A DNA stretch of 35,263 nt from Myxococcales bacterium (GTDB lineage Bacteria; Myxococcota; Myxococcia; Myxococcales; Anaeromyxobacteraceae). The translations under genes were made by a program, and so were the position numbers. Under the pieces are notes generated by a model. That model made no database searches. It worked only from the letters and a program-made list of their open reading frames with translations, and was not told where the DNA came from. Every line of letters begins with the position of its first letter. Position 1 is the first letter of the stretch. Where the stretch lies: NCBI GenBank assembly GCA_038320275.1, contig JBBQEB010000018.1, positions 1-35,263 of the forward strand, given 5' to 3'. Below are positions 7,200 through 15,602 of this stretch, in pieces.

Positions 7200-8134
7200 C
7201 CTTCGCGCCACGGCTCCTCGCGCACCGAGTAGATCCATCCCTCGCTGCGGGGGACGTTGGACGGGACCCCGTGAAAATTGGCCTCCTGCGCTGCGCCGGT
7301 GGCGACCGCGGCCAGCACGGCGTCGAGCACGAGCCCCTTCTCGTCCTCCACCACCTTGGCCGCGAGCTCCATCTCGAACTCCAGCCCCGAGGCGGCACGG
7401 AGGGTGCGCAGGATGGCGGCGCGCGACCCGGATCGGTTCACCCCGTCGCGGGTGTCGTCGCGGTAGGCGCAGGTGCCGCACAGCACGCGGGCGACGTGCT
7501 CCGGCCGCACCTCGATGAGCGCCGGCTGGCCGGCCCTGGGGGGATCCCACGGCACGTACGACACGCCCGAGATGCGGGCCAGCACCGAGAGGCCGAAGAA
7601 CGTCGACTTGTAGAGGCGAATGTGTGAGGGCGGGAACAGGGCCGCGCGGTAGCAGTCGGTGAGGCGCAGTCGGTCCTTCCCGAGCTGCGCCTTGAAGGTC
7701 TCGGCGGCCTGGGTAAAGTCGGCGCCCTCCGGGAGGAACCTCTCCTCGAGTCCTTTGGCGAGGGCCTCCGGGCTGCGGAGCGCCTGGCGCAGGAGCCCGA
7801 GCTGGCGGAGGTGGGTCTCGGCCAGGCTGAAGGGAAAGTCGAGGCCCACCGTGAGCTTTCCCTCGGCCCAGCGCGCTTCCTCCGCCAGCCAGGCGGTGAA
7901 GGCCTCGCGCACGTCGCGCCGTCCTGGCGCGTCCTGGAAGGGGCGCCATACCTGGACGAGCCGGGCACGCTTGCCGCACTCCACCTTGGCGGCGACGATC
8001 TGGCTCCCGGCCCCCTCGATGCCGCTCCAGGCCAGCCCCACGATTCCGCCGCGCTGCGGCAAAGCGACCTTTGGCAGGGGCGCCTTGCCCCACATCGCAG
8101 AGCTGCTGCCGCTGCCATCCGTCTCGATCGCCAT
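7196..8134 (-). CDS. DUF429-like (RNase H-fold, predicted nuclease family) protein
   Basis: 'IVGLAWSG', 'VGLDFPFSL', 'RLTD', 'IEVRP', 'LDAVLAA', 'EGWIY' in the DUF429 order. Start is 8134 or 8095. Confidence 0.7.
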   Translation of the reverse strand: MAIETDGSGSSSAMWGKAPLPKVALPQRGGIVGLAWSGIEGAGSQIVAAKVECGKRARLVQVWRPFQDAPGRRDVREAFTAWLAEEARWAEGKLTVGLDFPFSLAETHLRQLGLLRQALRSPEALAKGLEERFLPEGADFTQAAETFKAQLGKDRLRLTDCYRAALFPPSHIRLYKSTFFGLSVLARISGVSYVPWDPPRAGQPALIEVRPEHVARVLCGTCAYRDDTRDGVNRSGSRAAILRTLRAASGLEFEMELAAKVVEDEKGLVLDAVLAAVATGAAQEANFHGVPSNVPRSEGWIYSVREEPWREG

Positions 8135-8259
8135 CGTGTGTGGGGGTTTGCGGGAGACGCGCAGCGAAGTCAACGAGGGCGATGCCGCTGGAACCCCTGG
8201 GGGTTGGGGGCGGTCCCTCCCCTTCCGCCTGCGACGCATTGTCCCAATCTTCTGCAAAC

Positions 8260-8649
8260 ATGGAACTGAGCACGCGCGCCCCGCCGCCCAAGGCCCTCCG
8301 CGAGGTCCTCGTCGTCGAGGACGATTGCGGCATTCGCGAGGCGCTGAGGGACCTCCTGGAATCGGAGGGGCTGCGCGTCACCGGGGCGGTGAATGGTGAG
8401 GACGCGCTCGCGAAGCTTCGCGGACGCGCCCCCGACCTCATCCTGCTCGACCTCATGATGCCGGTGATGAACGGGTGGGAGTTCCGGATCGCACAGCGGC
8501 GCGACCCCGCCATCGCCGGCATCCCGGTGGTGGTCCTCTCCGCTCAGAATGGCCTCGGGCGCGAGGTGCGGGACATGTCGGTGGACGGCTGGCTCGCGAA
8601 GCCTTTCGAGATCGACGCGCTGCTCGCGGCGGTGCACCGGTACTGCTAG
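8260..8649 (+). CDS. Single-domain response regulator (REC)
   Basis: 'VLVVEDD', 'ILLDLMMPVMNG', 'VLSA', 'KPF'; 129 aa from ATG 8260. Confidence 0.93.
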   Translation: MELSTRAPPPKALREVLVVEDDCGIREALRDLLESEGLRVTGAVNGEDALAKLRGRAPDLILLDLMMPVMNGWEFRIAQRRDPAIAGIPVVVLSAQNGLGREVRDMSVDGWLAKPFEIDALLAAVHRYC

Positions 8650-8659
8650 CCTCCCCGGG

Positions 8660-10894
8660 ATGAAACGGACCGCCGTCGCGCTCCTCGCTGGCGCGTGTGC
8701 CTCCATGTCCCGCGCGCCCGCCACGCCTCCGCCAGCCGGGTCCGCATCCCCGTCGCCCACCGCCGTGAAAGCCCTGGCACGGTCACACGACGCGACCAGC
8801 ACGGCGGCTTCGCGCCCCGCCTACCCTGTCACCCGCCGGGCGGAGGCGACGGACACGCTCCACGGCATCGCCGTTCCCGACCCGTACCGCTGGCTGGAGG
8901 ACGAGAAGTCACCCGGAGTGAAGCGCTGGATGGCCGCGCAGGACGCCCTCGCCCGCTCGACGCTGGCGGCGCTGCCCGGCCGAGCCGAGCTTGCCGCCCG
9001 CGCGAAGGAGCTCCTCTACGTGGAGGGCGTGGGGCTCCCGGTGCGCCGCGGTGGAAGGCTCTTCTGGACCCGCCGCGCGCCGGATGCCGAGAAGGCGGTC
9101 TTGCTGGTGCAGGACCCAGGCTCGACGCAGCCGCGCGTGCTCCTCGACCCCAACGGCTGGTCGAAGGACGGCTCGGTGTCGCTGGGCGACTGGAGCCCGT
9201 CCTGGGACGGCAGGCGGATCGCCTATCAGGTGAAGCGCAACAACTCCGACGAGGCGGTGCTCGAGCTGATGGACGTCGCCACGCGCCGGGTCTCGGCGAT
9301 GGACCGCATCGAGGGCGGGCGCTACGCACACGCCTCCTGGACGCCCGCGGGCGACGGCTTCTACTACACTTGGCTGCCCACCGACCCCGCCATCGCGGCC
9401 GCAGAGCGGCCGGGGTTCCAGGAAGTGCGCTTCCATCGCGTGGGCACCTCCGCCTCCACCGACACCGTCGTCCGGCAGCGCACCGGCGACGCCACCGCCT
9501 TCCTCTCCGCGAGCCTCTCCCGGGACGGACACTGGCTCTTCCTCACGCTCGCCCACGGCTGGACCGCGACCGACGTCTGGTTCCGGGACGCGCGGGCGGG
9601 ACTCCACGCGCCCTGGAGACCGCTCGCGGTGGGGCGAAAGGCCATCTTCGAGCCCTGGGCCTTCCGCGACCGCTTCTACGTCCGCACCAACGAGGGCGCC
9701 GCGCGCTGGCGCCTCGTCGAGGTGGATCCCGCGCGTCCGGAGCCGGAGCGCTGGAGGGAGGTGGTGCCGGAGAGCCCCGTCGCCACGCTGGAGAGCTTCG
9801 CCGTGGTGGGCGGACGCTTCGCGCTCGGCTGGCTCGAGCGGGCCTCGAGCCGGCTCGAGGTGCGGGAGCTCGATGGGCGGGTCGTGCGCACCGTTCCGCT
9901 GCCTGCCATCGGGACCGTGTCCGGCGTGGAGGGCGAGGAGGACGTCGATGAGGCGTTCTTCGCCTTCGAGTCCTTCACCTACCCGCGCGAGCTCCGGGCC
10001 ATGTCGGTGGCGAGCGGCGCCTCGCGGCTCTGGTTCCGGCTCCGCGTCCCGGTCGATCCCTCGCGCTACGAGCTGACGCAGGTGAGCTACCCGTCGAAAG
10101 ACGGGACGCCCATCTCGATGTTCATCGTGCGCGCGAAGGGCGCGCCCCGGGACGGCAGTCAGCCGCTCCTTCTCACAGGATACGGCGGCTTCCAGGTGCC
10201 CATGACGCCGGGGTTCCGCGCTTCGCTCTTTCCTTGGCTGGAGCGCGGCGGAGCCTATGCGCTTCCCAACCTGCGCGGCGGGAGCGAGTACGGCGAGGCC
10301 TGGCACGCGGCCGGGATGCGCGAGAAGAAGCAGAACGTCTTCGACGACTTCATCGCCGCGGCCGAGTGGCTGGTGCGCGAGGGCTACACGCGCAGCGATC
10401 GGCTGGTGCTGTCGGGCGGCTCCAACGGCGGGCTCCTGGTGGGCGCGGCCGAGACGCAGCGGCCCGAGCTCTTCCGGGTGGTGCTGTGCCACGTCCCGCT
10501 CCTCGACATGGTGCGCTACCACCTCTTCGGCGCCGGCCGCACCTGGATCGAGGAGTACGGCTCGGCGGACGACCCGGCGCTCTTTCCCGCGCTCCTCGCC
10601 TACTCGCCGTACCACCACGTGGTCCCGGGCACCCGCTACCCGGCGACGCTCGTCCTGTCGGCCGATGCGGACGACCGGGTCGATCCCATGCACGCGCGCA
10701 AGTTCGCCGCTGCGCTCCAGGCCGCCTCCAGCGGGGGGCCGGTGCTCCTCCGCATCGAGCGCCACTCCGGGCACGGCGGGGCGGATCTCCTCCGGGCCGA
10801 GGTGGAGAAGATCGCCGATCAGTACGCCTTCGCGCTCTCCGAGATCTCGAGGGCGGCGCCGGAGCCCGCGGCGGCGGCCCCTCCGGGGAAGTGA
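8660..10894 (+). CDS. Prolyl oligopeptidase (S9A), exported, possibly a lipoprotein
   Basis: 'DPYRWLED', 'NLRGGSEYG', catalytic 'GGSNGG', 'DDRV', 'GHGG'; N-terminus [13 protein letters not shown]. Confidence 0.95.
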   Translation: MKRTAVALLAGACASMSRAPATPPPAGSASPSPTAVKALARSHDATSTAASRPAYPVTRRAEATDTLHGIAVPDPYRWLEDEKSPGVKRWMAAQDALARSTLAALPGRAELAARAKELLYVEGVGLPVRRGGRLFWTRRAPDAEKAVLLVQDPGSTQPRVLLDPNGWSKDGSVSLGDWSPSWDGRRIAYQVKRNNSDEAVLELMDVATRRVSAMDRIEGGRYAHASWTPAGDGFYYTWLPTDPAIAAAERPGFQEVRFHRVGTSASTDTVVRQRTGDATAFLSASLSRDGHWLFLTLAHGWTATDVWFRDARAGLHAPWRPLAVGRKAIFEPWAFRDRFYVRTNEGAARWRLVEVDPARPEPERWREVVPESPVATLESFAVVGGRFALGWLERASSRLEVRELDGRVVRTVPLPAIGTVSGVEGEEDVDEAFFAFESFTYPRELRAMSVASGASRLWFRLRVPVDPSRYELTQVSYPSKDGTPISMFIVRAKGAPRDGSQPLLLTGYGGFQVPMTPGFRASLFPWLERGGAYALPNLRGGSEYGEAWHAAGMREKKQNVFDDFIAAAEWLVREGYTRSDRLVLSGGSNGGLLVGAAETQRPELFRVVLCHVPLLDMVRYHLFGAGRTWIEEYGSADDPALFPALLAYSPYHHVVPGTRYPATLVLSADADDRVDPMHARKFAAALQAASSGGPVLLRIERHSGHGGADLLRAEVEKIADQYAFALSEISRAAPEPAAAAPPGK

Positions 10895-10907
10895 CGGGAA
10901 GTGACCC

Positions 10908-11552
10908 TCAGGCCGCCGGGCGCGCGCGGGCTGGCGGGCTCCGAGGCCTGCTCTTGGCGAGCCGGGCGCGCGCCCAGACCGCCACCCGGGCGGCGAGGAG
11001 GGTGCCTAGCGCGGCCGCGAAGAGCAGCGGCTCGGTGTGATCGGCCTTCACCCGCCAGAGGAAGTGCACCACCCCCAGGATGGCCGCGGCGTAGACGAGC
11101 CGGTGGAGCCGCTTCCAGCGCTTGTAGCCCAGCCGGCGCACCCAGCGGTCGGTGGAGGTGACGGCCAGCGGGACGAGCAGCACCAGCGCGATGAAGCCCA
11201 CCGTGATGAACTTGCGCTTCACCACGTCGCGGGCGATGCCGGCCAGGTCGAAGAACTTGTCGATGCCGACGTACCAGCTGAGATGGAGGGCGCCGTAGGC
11301 GAAGGCGAGGAGGCCCAGCGTGCGGCGAAGGCGGATCGGCCAGGAGAGTCCGAGGATTTCGTGGGCCGGCGTGGCCGCGAGCGACAGCGTGAGGAGCGTC
11401 AGCGTCCAGAACCCCAGTCGGTTGAGCACCGCCTCGATGGGATTCGCCCCCAGCCGGTCGAGCCCGAGCTCGGCCGCCATCTTCGCGAGGGGGAGGAGGC
11501 CCAGCGCGATCGCGGCCGGCCCGAGCCAGCGGAGCTTCTTCACGGCCGCCAT
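10908..11552 (-). CDS. msrQ: Heme-binding membrane subunit of the methionine sulfoxide reductase system
   Basis: 'ANPIE', 'RRTLGLLAFAYGALH', 'LAVTS', 'WKRLHRLVY...HF'; directly downstream of msrP. Confidence 0.95.
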   Translation of the reverse strand: MAAVKKLRWLGPAAIALGLLPLAKMAAELGLDRLGANPIEAVLNRLGFWTLTLLTLSLAATPAHEILGLSWPIRLRRTLGLLAFAYGALHLSWYVGIDKFFDLAGIARDVVKRKFITVGFIALVLLVPLAVTSTDRWVRRLGYKRWKRLHRLVYAAAILGVVHFLWRVKADHTEPLLFAAALGTLLAARVAVWARARLAKSRPRSPPARARPAA

Positions 11553-11571
11553 CCACCCGCTCCGGCGCGCC

Positions 11572-12510
11572 TCAGAAGTTCTTCCTGAGGTCGAGCCCGT
11601 TGTAGAGGCTCGCCACCTGATCGCCGTAGCCGTTGAAGGGCAGCGTCTTGCGCCGCAGGAACTCGCCGATGCGCCGCTCGCGCGCCTGGCTCCAGCGCGG
11701 GTGGTCCACCTCGGGGTTCACGTTGGCGTAGAAGCCGTACTCGTTCTCGGCGGCGTCGTTCCAGGTGGTGCGCGGCTGGGACTCGACGAAGGAGATCTTC
11801 ACCAGCGACTTGGCGCCCTTGAAGCCGTACTTCCAGGGTACCACCAGCCGCACCGGTGCGCCGTTCTGTCCCGGCAGGACGCGCCCGTAGAGCCCGACGG
11901 CGAGGAGCGTGAGCGGGTGGGTGGCCTCGTCAATGCGCAGCGCCTCCACGTAAGGCCAGGGGAGCACGCCGCGCTTCTGGCCGGGGAGCTGCTCCTTGTC
12001 GAGCAGCGTCTCGAAGCGTACGAACTTCGCGCGGGAGGTGGGCTCCACCCGCTTCGCGACCTCCGCGAGCGGCAGCCCGACCCACGGGATGACCATCGAC
12101 CAGGCCTCCACGCAGCGCATCCGGTAGACCCGCTCCTCGAGCGGCGCCCACTCGAGGAGCGCGTCGATGTCGACGGTCTGCGGCTTCGCCACCTCGCCGT
12201 CGATGCGCACCGTCCAGGGGCGCGTCTTCAGGCTCCCGGCGTTGCGCTTGGGGTCGTCCTTGTCGGTGCCGAGCTCGTAGAAGTTGTTGTAGCCGGTCAC
12301 GCCGTCCCACGGCGTCGGCGCCTCGCCCCCGGCGAGCTCCGTCTTCTTCGCCACCGCCAGCGCGCTGCCGGTGGGCTCCGCGCGCGCGCCGCGGGGAAGG
12401 AGCGCCCCCACCGCACCGGCCGCCCCCAGCGCCAGGAACTCGCGGCGGCGCAGGTAGAGCGCCTCCGGAGTCGCGTCCCGTTCCTTCTCTTCGGTCGTCC
12501 AGCGCGCCAT
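11572..12510 (-). CDS. msrP: Periplasmic Mo-dependent methionine sulfoxide reductase catalytic subunit
   Basis: ATG 12510 with GGAGAGG RBS; Tat motif 'RRREFL'; 'YNNFYE', 'RCVEAWSM', 'PWKYGFK', '[12 protein letters not shown]'. Confidence 0.97.
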   Translation of the reverse strand: MARWTTEEKERDATPEALYLRRREFLALGAAGAVGALLPRGARAEPTGSALAVAKKTELAGGEAPTPWDGVTGYNNFYELGTDKDDPKRNAGSLKTRPWTVRIDGEVAKPQTVDIDALLEWAPLEERVYRMRCVEAWSMVIPWVGLPLAEVAKRVEPTSRAKFVRFETLLDKEQLPGQKRGVLPWPYVEALRIDEATHPLTLLAVGLYGRVLPGQNGAPVRLVVPWKYGFKGAKSLVKISFVESQPRTTWNDAAENEYGFYANVNPEVDHPRWSQARERRIGEFLRRKTLPFNGYGDQVASLYNGLDLRKNF

Positions 12511-12567
12511 GGGTAACCTCTCCCGCTGGGAACGACCCAGCGCAGCGCTCGGTTGCATAATCCCCCC

Positions 12568-13491
12568 GTGAGGTCTCTGCCCTCGCTGCACCGCGCCCTG
12601 GATCGGCTCGCCATGGCGTCCGAGGACCGGGTGGCGCGAGTGCCGGAGGGCTTCCGCGCCGCGCGGGCCGAGCCACTGGCGTGCTGGGAGAGCCTGACTG
12701 CGCCGCTTCCGGCGGCCCCTTCCATGCGAGGGCTCTGGTCCGCACAGGCGCCCATTCCGCTCCACGCCACCGATCGGCTGACGGTGCGGGTCCGGCCCGC
12801 GGAAGGACCGGCGCGTGGGGTGGCCCTGCTCGTCCCACCCTGGAAGCTCCGCCGCGCAGGCCTGGTGGGCGGGTGGGCGCGGCTCCTCGCGCGCTCAGGG
12901 TGGGAGAGCTGGCTCGTGACGCCCCCGCACCATATCGAGCGCGCCGCGCCGGGAGCGCGCAGCGGCGAGGGCTTCGTCAGCCTCGATCTCGGGCGCCTGC
13001 GCGCGGTGGTGGAGGCGCAGGTGCTGGAGCTTCGGACGCTCGCCGCCATGGCCGCGCGGCGCGGACCGGTGGGGCTCCTGGGGCTCTCGCTGGGCGCGCT
13101 CGCCGCCGCGCTGGCGGCGACGGCGGTCGAGCCGCTCGCCTTCGCGGCGCTGGTGGCGCCCCCCGACCTCGCGATGGTGCTGACTCGGACGAACGTCGGC
13201 CGGCGGTACCGGGCGCTCGCCGAGCGGGCCGGGTCTCCCGTGCCGGGCGCGGACGAGCTCCGGACGCTGCTGCGACCCCTCTCCCCCGCGGAGCGCCGGC
13301 CATGCACGCGCAACCTGCTCGTCGCGGCCGGGAGTTACGACCTCATCGTGCCGCCCGAGGCGCCCCTGGAACTGGCCCGGGTGTGGGGCGTGACAGCGCG
13401 CGTCTACCCGCGCGGACATCTGACGCTTCTCTTCGCCTGTTGCGCGCTGCGGCGGGACGTGGAGGAGCTGCTGCGGGCCTCGCTCGCCTGA
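12568..13491 (+). CDS. Alpha/beta hydrolase
   Basis: Nucleophile elbow 'GLSLG', 'YDLIVP' Asp, 'GH' His. Start uncertain (12553, 12568 or 12613). Confidence 0.75.
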   Translation: MRSLPSLHRALDRLAMASEDRVARVPEGFRAARAEPLACWESLTAPLPAAPSMRGLWSAQAPIPLHATDRLTVRVRPAEGPARGVALLVPPWKLRRAGLVGGWARLLARSGWESWLVTPPHHIERAAPGARSGEGFVSLDLGRLRAVVEAQVLELRTLAAMAARRGPVGLLGLSLGALAAALAATAVEPLAFAALVAPPDLAMVLTRTNVGRRYRALAERAGSPVPGADELRTLLRPLSPAERRPCTRNLLVAAGSYDLIVPPEAPLELARVWGVTARVYPRGHLTLLFACCALRRDVEELLRASLA

Positions 13492-13509
13492 CGGACCGAG
13501 CGCGATGCG

Positions 13510-14589
13510 CTACGTTCCCGCGCTCGGCTTGGCGGCGGCGGGCTTCTTCTTGCGCGCCTTGGTGCGGGCGGGGGCTGCGGGCGAGGCCGCTCCGTCCGAA
13601 GCGCCTCCCGATTGCCGGAAGGCGTTCCGGGCCGCGACCACCTCGTCGAAGAACGCCGCCGGGACGACCTTGCCGCGCACCACCGGCCACGCCTTCTCGG
13701 CTGCCGCGCGCCAGGCAGCCTGATCGACCTTCACCACCTGCAGCCCCTGCTTCTCCATGGCGGCGATGGCGTCGGTGTTGAGCTTCTGCACCTCGGCGTC
13801 GATCTTCTCGCCCTCCTCGCGGGCGATGGCGAGGAGCTTCGGCCGGACGTCGGCGGGGATCTTCTCCCAGGCGTCCTTTCGCACCAGCGTCGCGCCCACG
13901 AGGTAGCCCCAGGGCACGTCGATCATGTGATTGGCCTTCTCGAAGAGGCGCGCGGTCAGCATGTAGGGCGGGACGTTGGCGATGCAGTTCACCATCCCGG
14001 TCTGGAGCGAGGGCACCATGTCGGTGGAGGAGAGCACGACGGGCCGGAACCCGGCCGCCTTCCAGGCCGCGACGCTGCCCGGGTCGCCGTCCCAGGCGAA
14101 CATCTTGGCGTCGGCGATGTCGGCCGGCGTCTGATAGGCCTTGTTGCAGAAGATCCGGATGAAGCCGATCTGCGACCACTGCAGCGCGACGTAGCCCTTC
14201 GAGGCGAGGAGCTTCTCCATCTCGGCCTGCACCTTGGGGAAGACGGCGGCGAACTCCTTGGTGCTACCGATCATGCCGGGGGCGGAGAGCGCCTGCGGCT
14301 CCCTCGTCACGTCGTGCATGCCGACGTTGGTGATGGCGGCCGCCTGGAGCTGGCCGACGCCCATCTTGCGCACCATGTCGCCTTCGCTGCCCTGCGTGCC
14401 GCCCGCGTAGATGCGCAGCTTCACCGTGCCGCCCGAGGCCTCGGCCCAGCGATCTCCCATCTCCTTCAGCGTGTTGTGCCAGGTGGAGCCGTTCGGCGCG
14501 AGGGTGCCGAGCTTGATGGTGATCTCGCCTTGCGCGAGGGTGGCTGGGGCGACCGCGGCGACGACGAGTGCCAGCGCGAGCTTTCTCAA
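13510..14589 (-). CDS. dctP: TRAP substrate-binding protein, TatP/DctP type
   Basis: TTG 14589 with GGAG RBS; signal peptide; 'IKLGTLAPNGSTW', 'IYAGGTQGSEGDMVRKM', 'SLQTGMVN'. Confidence 0.9.
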   Translation of the reverse strand: MRKLALALVVAAVAPATLAQGEITIKLGTLAPNGSTWHNTLKEMGDRWAEASGGTVKLRIYAGGTQGSEGDMVRKMGVGQLQAAAITNVGMHDVTREPQALSAPGMIGSTKEFAAVFPKVQAEMEKLLASKGYVALQWSQIGFIRIFCNKAYQTPADIADAKMFAWDGDPGSVAAWKAAGFRPVVLSSTDMVPSLQTGMVNCIANVPPYMLTARLFEKANHMIDVPWGYLVGATLVRKDAWEKIPADVRPKLLAIAREEGEKIDAEVQKLNTDAIAAMEKQGLQVVKVDQAAWRAAAEKAWPVVRGKVVPAAFFDEVVAARNAFRQSGGASDGAASPAAPARTKARKKKPAAAKPSAGT

Positions 14590-14629
14590 GGGTGTCTCCG
14601 ATGCGGCGTTTGCGGTTGCGGATCGAAAG

Positions 14630-15547
14630 CTAGCTGAAGAGGTCGTCGGCGTGGGCGAGCAGGAGGCGCGCCCTGCGCTGGGCAAGGATGTTCGCGAGGC
14701 GGTGCGGCTTGTCGTCGTACACGTCGGCCTTCACCACCTGCTGCAGAAGGCGCGTGAACTCCGCCTTGTCTTGCTTCGGGACGGAGACGGCCTCGGCGTA
14801 GGCGACGAGCACGCCCAGCCCCTTGCCCTTGGAGAGGGCGAGGGCGCGGTCGAGGTGCTCCTTGGCCTTGGCCAGCCCCGCCTCCCCTCCCTGGGACGCC
14901 TCCCAGGTGACGAGGAACTCGTGCACGGCTCCGCCATCCCAGCTTTCGTCGAGGGCCAGCGCGCGTTTCATGAGGGCTCCGGGGACGGGGAGCTCGGCGA
15001 CGAGGCCCATGTCCTCCTTGGCCGCCGAGATGGCGAGCGCCCAGCTCGCCGCGGTCCAGTAGACGAGCGGGAGGTCGTCCTTCTTCAATGTGGCGAGCGC
15101 CGGCTCGAGATCTCGTGCGCCGCGCAGCTTTTCGGAGATGCCCTTATGCTTGACCTCCAGGCCGCGCAGGCCGTACTCGCGCGCCCGGAGGTAGAGCCGC
15201 TTCGCGCGCTCACGATATGGGCGCGCCTGGACGGTCTTCCCGCCCATCTCTGCGTCGTCGGCATCGGTCTGCACGAACGCATAGCTGTACTGGGTGAATC
15301 CGGAGGTGAGCGCGGTCAGCAGACCCTCGTGCTCCGGGTTGTTGACGAGCAGTCCCTCCATGGTCTTCAGGCCGAAGGGCGTGGCCGCCCGGATGAGCTC
15401 GGGATCGTCGTCCTCGGCGTACACCCCGCCGCTGACGTCGGAGGTGATGGCGTTCGCCACGATCTTGCCGGCGGCGGCGCGCGGGGAGCAGCCCAGCGCG
15501 GGGAGGAACGAGCCAACCGTCAACACTGCGATCAGGGTGCGGTTCAC
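14630..15547 (-). CDS. TRAP-associated TatT-family TPR-like lipoprotein
   Basis: GTG 15547; lipobox 'ALGC'; 'DDDPELIRAATPFGLKTME', 'GFTQYSYAFV', 'RAKRLYLRA', helical C-terminus; immediately upstream of the TRAP binding protein. Confidence 0.85.
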   Translation of the reverse strand: MNRTLIAVLTVGSFLPALGCSPRAAAGKIVANAITSDVSGGVYAEDDDPELIRAATPFGLKTMEGLLVNNPEHEGLLTALTSGFTQYSYAFVQTDADDAEMGGKTVQARPYRERAKRLYLRAREYGLRGLEVKHKGISEKLRGARDLEPALATLKKDDLPLVYWTAASWALAISAAKEDMGLVAELPVPGALMKRALALDESWDGGAVHEFLVTWEASQGGEAGLAKAKEHLDRALALSKGKGLGVLVAYAEAVSVPKQDKAEFTRLLQQVVKADVYDDKPHRLANILAQRRARLLLAHADDLFS

Positions 15548-15548
15548 G

Positions 15549-15564
15549 CTTTTCCCGGGAAAAG
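15549..15564. promoter_or_regulatory. Perfect 16-bp palindrome in the divergent tatT/dctQM spacer
   Basis: CTTTTCCCGGGAAAAG equals its own reverse complement; function inferred. Confidence 0.5.
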
Positions 15565-15602
15565 TTCGTGGTAGTGATAGGGGCCCTTCCCCGAAAGTCA
15601 AC

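Noticed and set aside
6546..8522. 658-aa ORF suggesting a large UDG fusion
   Set aside because: Only the last 217 aa are UDG-like; the rest overlaps the DUF429-like gene and the response regulator out of frame or antisense.
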